Virus record (IMG/VR): IMGVR_UViG_3300020045_015482 | Span: 1-47,241 of that record | Length of the DNA stretch: 47,241 nucleotides | Origin: a virus | Taxonomy: Duplodnaviria > Caudoviricetes | Strand: one strand, 5' to 3' | Shown here: positions 8,715 to 15,680 of the stretch, piece after piece | Layout: each line of letters starts with the position of its first letter | Numbering within the stretch: position 1 is the stretch's first letter | Notes under the pieces: generated by a model | The model's input: only the letters and a program-made list of their open reading frames with translations | The model's database searches: none | What the model was told of the DNA's origin: nothing | Program-made: the position numbers and the translations under genes

Positions 8715-8808
8715 TGGTCTATGGTTTGGAAACCTATCGTGTTTTGCTGGTTCAACGGCGGTTGATTAAACTGGCCAGTCCGGTGCAGAGCCAACTGCTA
8801 GACCACTA
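8712..8808 (+). ncRNA. Putative structured RNA 1
   Basis: Perfect 10 bp closing stem tagtggtcta 8712-8721 / tagaccacta 8799-8808 around a GC-richer interior. Confidence 0.4.
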
Positions 8809-8815
8809 TAAAAAT

Positions 8816-8939
8816 ATGGAGAGTTTAAAACAAAATTGACTTTAGTACCTGTTTGCTGACCCAACATAATTCTAGATAGTTGAGGCGCACGTAAGACTAG
8901 CTGGTTCAAGCTAAATCTAAAGAAATTTTGTCTCTCCAT
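8816..8939 (+). ncRNA. Putative structured RNA 2
   Basis: Nested stems atggagag/ctctccat, acaaaatt/aattttgt, ctttag/ctaaag. Confidence 0.4.
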
Positions 8940-9206
8940 CATATTGTTAACGCCAACAAAAAGATAGGAGATTAAAATGGAAATTGGTTATGGAGATAGT
9001 CGTGGTGTTTCAGAATGTAATCCTAGTTCTGGTAGAGTTGTAAACCCAACAGTAAAAGAAAGGCTTATTGAAAGAAAGAACTCACCTGAGGGAGATTTAA
9101 AAGACATTAATAATGCTCTTGAAGCGTTAGAAAAGAATCCAGAAATTACTAGGGTTCTTGGTTTAATTAGTAAAGTTAGATATTAGACCATATTGTTAAC
9201 GTCAAC
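8940..9206 (+). repeat. 18 bp direct repeat CATATTGTTAACGYCAAC flanking CDS 8977-9186
   Basis: Copies at 8940-8957 and 9189-9206, one mismatch. Confidence 0.75.
8977..9186 (+). CDS. Hypothetical protein
   Basis: AGGAG RBS, 69 aa. Confidence 0.7.
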   Translation: MEIGYGDSRGVSECNPSSGRVVNPTVKERLIERKNSPEGDLKDINNALEALEKNPEITRVLGLISKVRY

Positions 9207-9229
9207 GAAATGATAAGAAAGGAATAAAA

Positions 9230-9607
9230 ATGAAACCAGAAACAATAATGATTGATGACCAGAGGTATGTAAGAGAAGATTGTGTTAATGAAAAAGAAGA
9301 AAAGTTTGAGGGAATGGAAAGGTGTATTATCCGTTCCTGCGGTGCTGGGGTATTTCTTGGATATGTATCAGAAAGGAAGTCAGAGTTAAATGGGGTAAAC
9401 ATAATTTTAAAAAAATCTAAAAGGATTCATTATTGGGATGGGGCTTGTTCTTTAACTCAACTTGCTTTACAAGGAACAAAAGCACCGCAAAATTGTAGAA
9501 TAACTGAACCAGTTGAAAGTCAATTTATAGCTAATGTTATTGAGATTATTCCAGTAACTAAAAAAGCGTCAAAGAATTTAGATGAGGTTAAAATATGGAA
9601 GAAATAA
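9230..9607 (+). CDS. DUF6948-like phage protein
   Basis: CIIRSCGAGVFLG...RIHYWDGACSLTQLA...VIEIIP. Confidence 0.7.
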   Translation: MKPETIMIDDQRYVREDCVNEKEEKFEGMERCIIRSCGAGVFLGYVSERKSELNGVNIILKKSKRIHYWDGACSLTQLALQGTKAPQNCRITEPVESQFIANVIEIIPVTKKASKNLDEVKIWKK

Positions 9608-9768
9608 TTACTAATAATGGCGATGGCTCTGGCTATGGCTCTGGCTATGGCTCTGTCTCTGGCTATGGCTCTGGCTATGGCTCTGGCTATGGCTATGGCT
9701 CTGGCTATGGCTCTGGCTATGGCTATGGCTCTGGCTATGGCTCTGGCGATGGCTCTGGCTCTGGCTAA
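9595..9768 (+). CDS. 57 aa Gly-Ser/Gly-Tyr repeat protein
   Basis: GAGG RBS; MEEIITNN then (GS/GY/GD)n to TAA. Confidence 0.65.
   Translation: MEEIITNNGDGSGYGSGYGSVSGYGSGYGSGYGYGSGYGSGYGYGSGYGSGDGSGSG
9619..9765 (+). repeat. Hexamer tandem array GGCTCT/GGCTAT/GGCGAT
   Basis: Directly visible; one GTCTCT interruption. Confidence 0.95.
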
Positions 9769-9797
9769 CTCGCCAATATAACCATTTATGATTAGGA

Positions 9798-10187
9798 GTG
9801 GAAATGCCAAAATATAAATTAAAATATGACACAGCTTATTGGAGAACTGGTCAGATATTTTCTAATGAATATATTGATACTATTACTCTTACTCTTAACA
9901 AAGAACAAGCCATTAAATACGGATTAATTGAGGAAGTGAAAGAGGATAAATTATCACTTAAAGAATTATCTTGGAAGGAATTGGTTGGCATAATTTTAAA
10001 TGGACAAATAGAAGATGAAAATCCAACTGAAACCGCTGATATAGTTTTAAAATGGATGGAGAAGAAGATTGATAACGTTGGTTGTTTTGAAGTTAATAGA
10101 ACAGATTTTAAAGAAATTTTTTCTGGGGAACTTTTAATTAAAAAATCCGAACTCAAAAAAGCCCTTGGAATTGTTAAGGAAGATTAA
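9798..10187 (+). CDS. Hypothetical protein
   Basis: AGGAG RBS; ORF in operon. Confidence 0.7.
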   Translation: MEMPKYKLKYDTAYWRTGQIFSNEYIDTITLTLNKEQAIKYGLIEEVKEDKLSLKELSWKELVGIILNGQIEDENPTETADIVLKWMEKKIDNVGCFEVNRTDFKEIFSGELLIKKSELKKALGIVKED

Positions 10188-10345
10188 TGTCTGATATAAC
10201 CATGTGTACCAACAAAAAGTGTAAGCTAAGGAAAACCTGTTATAGGTTTATGGCTAAGCCTGATAGGTGGCAGAGTTATGCGGAGTTTAAGCCAGTTAGA
10301 GGGAAGTGTGAGTATTATTATCCGATGGTTGAAAAGGTTAAATGA
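10187..10345 (+). CDS. 52 aa Cys-rich phage protein (not in ORF track)
   Basis: MSDITMCTNKKCKLRKTCYRF...QSY...CEYY; coupled to genes on both sides. Confidence 0.75.
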   Translation: MSDITMCTNKKCKLRKTCYRFMAKPDRWQSYAEFKPVRGKCEYYYPMVEKVK

Positions 10346-10920
10346 AAAAATACCAGATTATTTATGCCGACCCGCCCTGGAGTTATAACGATAAAATGTC
10401 AGGACATTCTTTCTCCTTAGACCATGAATATCAGACTCAAGATGCGGATTGGATTAATAAACTTCCTGTTCAAAGCATTTGCGATAAAAATTGTGTTCTT
10501 TTTCTTTGGGTAGTTAGTCCGCTTTTGAAGGAAGGATTGGAAACTCTTGAGGCATGGGGTTTTGATTATGTAACGCTTGTTTTTTGTTGGATAAAAGAAA
10601 CTCCGTTGATGGGATTACAGGTTAAAAATTTAGGTAGATGGACGATGGGGGGGGTAGAATTGGTTCTTTTAGGTCGTAAAGGCTTGCCAAAAAGAATTAA
10701 AAATAATGTTTTACAAACAGTTTTTGATGTTCGTACAAAACATAGCAAAAAGCCAGAAGAAATTAGACATAGGATTGTTGATTTAATGGGAAATATCCCC
10801 CGCATAGAATTATTCGCCCGTAAAAAAACAGAAGGTTGGGATGTTTGGGGAAATGAAGTGGAAAGTGATATTCAATTAATAAACGGAGAATTTATTGAAA
10901 CCAAAACGCCAAATGTTTAG
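10342..10920 (+). CDS. MT-A70 family N6-adenine methyltransferase
   Basis: IIYADPPW, LFLWV, AWGF, HSKKP, IELFARK, GWDVWGNE. Confidence 0.92.
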   Translation: MKKYQIIYADPPWSYNDKMSGHSFSLDHEYQTQDADWINKLPVQSICDKNCVLFLWVVSPLLKEGLETLEAWGFDYVTLVFCWIKETPLMGLQVKNLGRWTMGGVELVLLGRKGLPKRIKNNVLQTVFDVRTKHSKKPEEIRHRIVDLMGNIPRIELFARKKTEGWDVWGNEVESDIQLINGEFIETKTPNV

Positions 10921-11089
10921 AACTGATAAAGCAATTGATATACGAAGCAATTACCCTTATGCCCACGCGGTTGTTTGTAGGGCAGAAAACGATAAACTAC
11001 ATTATATGATTGTTCAGGTTGAAGAACACGGTGGGTATAAAATATTAAATGAATATATGACTAATGAATCTGTTGAGTTTATAATTTAA
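10895..11089 (+). CDS. Hypothetical protein
   Basis: GGAG RBS before TTG. Confidence 0.55.
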   Translation: MKPKRQMFRTDKAIDIRSNYPYAHAVVCRAENDKLHYMIVQVEEHGGYKILNEYMTNESVEFII

Positions 11090-11099
11090 GGAGAACTTT

Positions 11100-11645
11100 A
11101 TGACCAAACCAAGTGGATTATTAGAATGTCCGTTTTGTGGTGGAGAAACAAAAATTTGGAATAAAAATAACAATAATCGTGTTGGTTGCTGCGGAATTAA
11201 TATGAGTGTTGAAAAATGGAATACCCGCCCCGAACCAAGACTTGAGGATTGGGATGACGAGAAAGTCGCTGATATGATTATCCAAGTGGCTATGGGACAT
11301 CATGATGATATATCTGAAACTGATGAAAATAACGCACTTGAATGTGCTAATAAGATTAAACAAACCTTCTCCGCCCCTAAGCTGGTGGAGTTGGAATATC
11401 AGAAGTTAGCCCAATTTATGATGGACGAAATGGGGTTAGATAAAGAACAGGCTGGAACCGACGCTTATCTAATCTGCTCTAAATTCGGACAATCTCCTTT
11501 GAAGTTACCAGAGAAGAAAAATTACACACCTAATATGGATAAACCTGATTTTTATGGGAACTTAGGCGATGCTAAAAGATTGGGATGGAATGCTTGCCTT
11601 GACGAAGTTAAACGCATGAACGAAGGACACGCCTCGATTATTTAA
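11100..11645 (+). CDS. Protein with N-terminal Lar-like (restriction alleviation) zinc finger
   Basis: LLECPFCGG...KWNTR; C-terminal GWNACLDE. Confidence 0.6.
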   Translation: MTKPSGLLECPFCGGETKIWNKNNNNRVGCCGINMSVEKWNTRPEPRLEDWDDEKVADMIIQVAMGHHDDISETDENNALECANKIKQTFSAPKLVELEYQKLAQFMMDEMGLDKEQAGTDAYLICSKFGQSPLKLPEKKNYTPNMDKPDFYGNLGDAKRLGWNACLDEVKRMNEGHASII

Positions 11646-11681
11646 AGGAGAATAAATGCACAGACTGATAAGAAGAACTTT

Positions 11682-11873
11682 ATGACCGAACAACAAGCTA
11701 AAAACCTTATAGGCAGAAATAACTGGAAAAAGTTTATGGTTTGGATGAGGGGGCAGACTGTTGGGGTTAACGAAGATGGGTCAACGGATTATTATGACCA
11801 TGATGTTATGGCGTTTAAAAGGAAGCTAGATTCTGGATATGATAGGCAAAAAGATTGGAAGGCGTGGGATTAA
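11682..11873 (+). CDS. Hypothetical phage protein
   Basis: F..WMRGQTV...YYDHDV. Confidence 0.65.
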   Translation: MTEQQAKNLIGRNNWKKFMVWMRGQTVGVNEDGSTDYYDHDVMAFKRKLDSGYDRQKDWKAWD

Positions 11874-12311
11874 ATGCACAGACCGATAGAGTTTAGGGCT
11901 TGGGATAAAAAAAGAAAAAGAATGTATAGAGTTGCTCATTTACATTTAGATTGTTATGAAGGGATTTGGGCTACAGTTAATGGATATAATATAATTGAAC
12001 AAAAAGAAATATACATCCAAATACAACCAAAAGATATTATCATTATGGAATTTACTGGCTTACTTGATAAAAACGGGGTTAAGATTTTTGAGGGGGATAT
12101 TATTAATCCTGGGTTGAGAGAAATTCGTTTTGGTGATTTTATATCACTATCCGATGATGAAAATAAAACCCCATATTCTCAAGGTAACGGATTTTACACT
12201 ATTAGCCACTCAGGAGAGTTTTTTAAAATGCCATTTTCTTTTTGCCATAGGCAATCTGAGAATTGTGAAGTTATCGGGAATATTTATCAGCACCCTGAGT
12301 TAGTTCCATAG
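11874..12311 (+). CDS. YopX family protein
   Basis: IEFRAWDK, MEFTGLLDKNGVKIFEGDI, EVIGNIYQHPEL. Confidence 0.92.
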   Translation: MHRPIEFRAWDKKRKRMYRVAHLHLDCYEGIWATVNGYNIIEQKEIYIQIQPKDIIIMEFTGLLDKNGVKIFEGDIINPGLREIRFGDFISLSDDENKTPYSQGNGFYTISHSGEFFKMPFSFCHRQSENCEVIGNIYQHPELVP

Positions 12312-12321
12312 TGGAACATAT

Positions 12322-13266
12322 ATGAAATATTTTTCAATGTTTTCTGGTATTGGAGGGTTCGAACTTGGAGTCGCAAGAGCAACAAATAAACAATGGGAAT
12401 GTGTCGGACACTGTGAAATCGACAAATACGCCACAGCAATCTACCGTAAAAATTTCGGAATCGGGACAAACTACGGCGACGCAACAAGAATTTTTCCAGA
12501 CGAACTCCCTTCCTTCGATTTCCTCTGCGGTGGATTCCCTTGCCAAGCGTTTTCAATCGCTGGTAAAAGAGGCGGATTTAAAGATACTAGAGGGACTTTA
12601 TTCTTTGAAATCGCAAGGATTTTGGCCGTTAAAAGACCTGAACTTCTGCTCTTGGAAAACGTCGCGGGACTTCTCAGCCATGATAACGGGCGAACCTTTG
12701 GAACTATCCTCGCAACGCTTTCTGAGTTGGGGTATTTTTGCGAATGGCAGGTACTTAACAGCAAGGATTTCGGAGTCCCCCAAAACAGGGAAAGGGTGTT
12801 CATTGTCGGACATCTTGGAGAAGTCGGTGGAGGACAAGTATTTCCTATCACAGAAAATGACGAATTACTTAATTCATCAACAAAAGCAGGAACGACTTTA
12901 CAGGCTGGATATGGAACAAGAAGAGATGACCAATATTTAGCCATCCCCGTCCTGACTCCTGACCGAGCAGAGAAAAGGCAGAACGGGCGCAGAATGCAAA
13001 ACGATGGAGAGCCGGCATTCACACTGACTGCCCAAGATAAACATGGGGTGTTTGATGGATATAGAATAAGACGGTTAACTCCGACAGAATGTGAAAGATT
13101 ACAAAGTTTTCCCGATGGATGGACTTCTTTAGGTGTTAGTAAGGATAGGGAAGCTATGTTTACGATTAGCGATAGTCAGCGTTATAAATGTTTAGGGAAT
13201 GCTGTTACAGTCAACGTGATTGAGGCTATAATATCTAAAATAACCAAGTGCAAGAATTGCACATGA
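12322..13266 (+). CDS. DNA (cytosine-5) methyltransferase
   Basis: FSGIGG (I), GGFPCQAFS (IV), ENV (VI), QNRERVF (VIII), RRLTPTECERLQ (IX), LGNAV (X). Confidence 0.95.
   Translation: MKYFSMFSGIGGFELGVARATNKQWECVGHCEIDKYATAIYRKNFGIGTNYGDATRIFPDELPSFDFLCGGFPCQAFSIAGKRGGFKDTRGTLFFEIARILAVKRPELLLLENVAGLLSHDNGRTFGTILATLSELGYFCEWQVLNSKDFGVPQNRERVFIVGHLGEVGGGQVFPITENDELLNSSTKAGTTLQAGYGTRRDDQYLAIPVLTPDRAEKRQNGRRMQNDGEPAFTLTAQDKHGVFDGYRIRRLTPTECERLQSFPDGWTSLGVSKDREAMFTISDSQRYKCLGNAVTVNVIEAIISKITKCKNCT
12350..12940 (+). CDS. Nested +1-frame ORF within the C5 methyltransferase, M.EcoHK31I beta-like; start uncertain
   Basis: 196 open codons; SWKTS...WGIFANG...CSLSDILEKSVEDKYFLS. Confidence 0.65.
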   Translation: MEGSNLESQEQQINNGNVSDTVKSTNTPQQSTVKISESGQTTATQQEFFQTNSLPSISSAVDSLAKRFQSLVKEADLKILEGLYSLKSQGFWPLKDLNFCSWKTSRDFSAMITGEPLELSSQRFLSWGIFANGRYLTARISESPKTGKGCSLSDILEKSVEDKYFLSQKMTNYLIHQQKQERLYRLDMEQEEMTNI

Positions 13267-13316
13267 GGGATTAAGTGAGGGATTAATAGAACGGTTGTAC
13301 TATAAAGGAGAATAAT

Positions 13317-13400
13317 ATGCGCCAAACAATCTTAACCTACATAACCATCGGTATTGCCTACGCTTCAATAGTCATAATTATTGTTATAGGATCATTTTAA
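13317..13400 (+). CDS. 27 aa membrane peptide
   Basis: AAGGAG RBS; MRQTILTYITIGIAYASIVIIIVIGSF. Confidence 0.6.
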   Translation: MRQTILTYITIGIAYASIVIIIVIGSF

Positions 13401-13403
13401 CGA

Positions 13404-13742
13404 ATGAATCAAATTTCCATCAAATGTTTAAATTGCCTTAACGATTTTTTGGGTAAACCAAACAAAAAGTTTTGTTCAACCGGCTGTAAAAACCATTATA
13501 ACGACCAAAAAAGAAAAGAAAAAAAAGAAAATAAGTCTTGTAAAGTTTGTAACAAAAAATTCACGCCAACCCGCAAATGCCAAATATACTGCGGAATAAC
13601 GTGCCGCAACATCATATGCAACCAGAATTATAAGTTAAGGGGAAGGCAAAACAAAACCCAACCTTATATGTTTAAGAAGATTAAAAAGCACGTTGACTTT
13701 GAAGCGCTCCCCAACGACTTTGGGTGGGAAGGGCCGGACTGA
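13404..13742 (+). CDS. Cys-rich double zinc-finger protein
   Basis: CLNC...FCSTGC; CKVC...YCGITC. Confidence 0.7.
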   Translation: MNQISIKCLNCLNDFLGKPNKKFCSTGCKNHYNDQKRKEKKENKSCKVCNKKFTPTRKCQIYCGITCRNIICNQNYKLRGRQNKTQPYMFKKIKKHVDFEALPNDFGWEGPD

Positions 13743-13915
13743 TGAACTCCGCCCATGTTAGTTGGGTTCTTTACCGAACCACACAGCTTAGGGAAGAATT
13801 AAAAGTTGCTAATGAAATAAAAGATTGGAACTTTAAACAGCCGGCGATCATTAAAATATGGAAAGATTTTCAATCCGACATAGTTAATTATATCGGGGAA
13901 TGTGAGGCGAAATGA
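13724..13915 (+). CDS. Hypothetical protein
   Basis: Coupled ORF; start probably ATG 13742. Confidence 0.55.
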   Translation: MGRAGLMNSAHVSWVLYRTTQLREELKVANEIKDWNFKQPAIIKIWKDFQSDIVNYIGECEAK

Positions 13916-14136
13916 AGAAGATAGAGGAATTTTCAGATAACCAATTGATTGAGGAGTTAGCGGGGCGGTTTAACCATTTTGTTATGGCTGGGCGTAAAGA
14001 CGCTTATAGCCATGAGAGGAAGGCGCATCGCCGCCGATACTTTAAGGGTGATTATGAAGTTTGCGTGGGGCTTGCCCACGGAATTATAGATGTGACAACG
14101 ATGGATGCGTGGAGTGGAAAACTTGTTGAATTCTAG
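13912..14136 (+). CDS. Hypothetical protein
   Basis: GAGG RBS, ATGA overlap. Confidence 0.7.
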   Translation: MKKIEEFSDNQLIEELAGRFNHFVMAGRKDAYSHERKAHRRRYFKGDYEVCVGLAHGIIDVTTMDAWSGKLVEF

Positions 14137-14145
14137 GAGGTGGGT

Positions 14146-14214
14146 ATGTTCTTTACAACTTTGTTTGCGTGTTTCATTGCTTTAGTACTTTACAAAATGT
14201 TATTTGGAGATTAG
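14146..14214 (+). CDS. 22 aa membrane peptide
   Basis: AGGAGG RBS; MFFTTLFACFIALVLYKMLFGD. Confidence 0.6.
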   Translation: MFFTTLFACFIALVLYKMLFGD

Positions 14215-14215
14215 T

Positions 14216-14293
14216 ATGGGATGGTTATGTGCTGGTGCGGTTATCGTTTTAGCGATGGTTATTATCGCCGATTACTGGAACCTTAAACCCTGA
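14216..14293 (+). CDS. 25 aa membrane peptide
   Basis: GGAG RBS; MGWLCAGAVIVLAMVIIADYWNLKP. Confidence 0.5.
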   Translation: MGWLCAGAVIVLAMVIIADYWNLKP

Positions 14294-14541
14294 TCCAAAT
14301 TTTTAACCTTATCAGAAGGTTGAAACCTTACTCCGCTTAATACTTTAAATGGGTAAGAAACAGCTTGTTTTGCCCGCTTAATCATAATCTTATCGTAATT
14401 AGGAACTGTTTCCATTTTCCATATAATTCCAACCATTAAAACTGTGATAACAGCCCACACCGGCCATTTAATAGCCACCCACCCATTCCACATCCAAGCC
14501 CTATCGTGAAGGTCGGTTACCCATTTCCAAAGGTCGCGCAT
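14272..14541 (-). CDS. Small membrane protein
   Basis: Hydrophobic WPVWAVITVLMVGIIW; last gene of the - strand operon. Confidence 0.6.
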   Translation of the reverse strand: MRDLWKWVTDLHDRAWMWNGWVAIKWPVWAVITVLMVGIIWKMETVPNYDKIMIKRAKQAVSYPFKVLSGVRFQPSDKVKNLDQGLRFQ

Positions 14542-14710
14542 ATTGAATCCTCGTTTTAATGTTAATGATTCTTAGTTTAGAGGGGACGTGAACCCCGCGT
14601 TCCCACCGACACACCTGACTTTGGCTAACCTCAAGAAACTTGGCTAACTCAAGCTGACGCAGGTTGTGATTCTTCCGGTAATTGTGCAAAAGCTTTTGAA
14701 TCTCGTTCAT
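14501..14710 (-). CDS. XRE/Cro-like helix-turn-helix regulator (start ATG 14710)
   Basis: YRKNHNLRQLELAKFLEVSQSQVCRWERGVHVP. Confidence 0.85.
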   Translation of the reverse strand: MNEIQKLLHNYRKNHNLRQLELAKFLEVSQSQVCRWERGVHVPSKLRIINIKTRIQYARPLEMGNRPSR

Positions 14711-14969
14711 TGTATTTAGACCCCTCAGGTTTTTTATCGCGGATAATAAGCCCATAATCGGAAAGCAATTTAACGTCATTCTCGATATTCCTCATGCAAA
14801 TATCATTTCTTTTGGTGTTATCAATAACCAGTCCGCAATTATTCTTAACTGATTTTAAAAACGGTTTTATTTTGTGAAGCCGTTTTTCCAAAACCCCAAG
14901 CGCAAGAAGTTCTTGGTTAGTTTTACCTTCATGTTCAATAGCCCATTTTTGAAGTTCACTTACATTCAT
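14649..14969 (-). CDS. Hypothetical protein
   Basis: AAGGAG RBS before MNVSELQ. Confidence 0.6.
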   Translation of the reverse strand: MNVSELQKWAIEHEGKTNQELLALGVLEKRLHKIKPFLKSVKNNCGLVIDNTKRNDICMRNIENDVKLLSDYGLIIRDKKPEGSKYNERDSKAFAQLPEESQPASA

Positions 14970-15291
14970 GGAAATCTCCTTTATAAGCCTTTTCAAATTC
15001 GATAATAAAGTTTATTGGTAATTCAATCCCCTCCCCAAGCGCCTCACAGTAAATAAAGGATGGGAACGGAAGGTAATCGCCGTTGCTTTGAACTTTATCC
15101 TGCCACTTGCGTTCCGTATGCCTTAAAAAATGAACCGCTTTTTTAATTTGCGATTCAATTGTGGGCGTGTCCCGAAACCCAAATGTTTCTCTATCCTCTA
15201 TATTGTACCAAGCTAAGAGAATCATAAGCTCACGAATGGTTACGGGCTGTAAGGTCTTAATAAGCGTGGCAATAGATTCATCATTAAGCAT
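14956..15291 (-). CDS. Hypothetical protein
   Basis: Start MLNDES overlaps the GroES-like gene end. Confidence 0.6.
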   Translation of the reverse strand: MLNDESIATLIKTLQPVTIRELMILLAWYNIEDRETFGFRDTPTIESQIKKAVHFLRHTERKWQDKVQSNGDYLPFPSFIYCEALGEGIELPINFIIEFEKAYKGDFHECK

Positions 15292-15550
15292 TGTTAATGG
15301 TAGCGACAACGTCGGTATCTCTGACGTAATAAACCTCCTTATGCCCCATTCTGGTCTTTTCAACGGAGTTTGGTGTTACAATAATAAGATCGTCAGGGTT
15401 TAGGTAATCGCGCACTATCGGGTCACAATCCCCAACTGAAACAACCTTAAACACCGTTGCTATTTCTTCGGCACGCAATACACTGCTTTTTTCAAACGGT
15501 TCAACGATTATGTATTTCCCCGTCGCTTTTTGTATAATAAAATCCGCCAT
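15284..15550 (-). CDS. groES: GroES-like co-chaperonin (start MADF, 15550)
   Basis: GKYIIVEP, KVVSVGD, PDDLII, YYVRDTDVVA match the Cpn10 pattern; AGGAG RBS; next to GroEL. Confidence 0.7.
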   Translation of the reverse strand: MADFIIQKATGKYIIVEPFEKSSVLRAEEIATVFKVVSVGDCDPIVRDYLNPDDLIIVTPNSVEKTRMGHKEVYYVRDTDVVATINNA

Positions 15551-15680
15551 CGTTATCTCTCCTGTAAACATGGTTTTGGCAATAATAAGTGGCTACATCG
15601 TTATATACTTTTCGGTAAATAGCCTCTTTTTCACAAAACGAACATTGCCAATACGAACTGGTTTTATGTTTGTCTTCCAC
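15501..15680 (-). CDS. 59 aa zinc-finger protein between groEL and groES (not in ORF track)
   Basis: GTG start overlaps the GroEL TAG; CSFC...YYCQNH. Confidence 0.55.
   Translation of the reverse strand: MEDKHKTSSYWQCSFCEKEAIYRKVYNDVATYYCQNHVYRRDNDGGFYYTKSDGEIHNR

Noticed and set aside
8563-8769. ORF-track 68 aa ORF
   Set aside because: The alternative frame 8544-8714 has an RBS and paired CxxC motifs.
8712-8939. Canonical tRNA genes
   Set aside because: No cloverleaf with proper D/T arms could be drawn; kept only as generic structured RNA candidates.
9520-9832. Minus-strand ORFs with (ARAI)n or (SQSH)n repeats
   Set aside because: Shadow frames of the hexamer array; the + strand ORF has the RBS and operon orientation.
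14501-14710. XRE HTH as evidence of a lysogeny switch
   Set aside because: No integrase, partition genes or divergent cI/cro promoter pair seen; lifestyle left undetermined.
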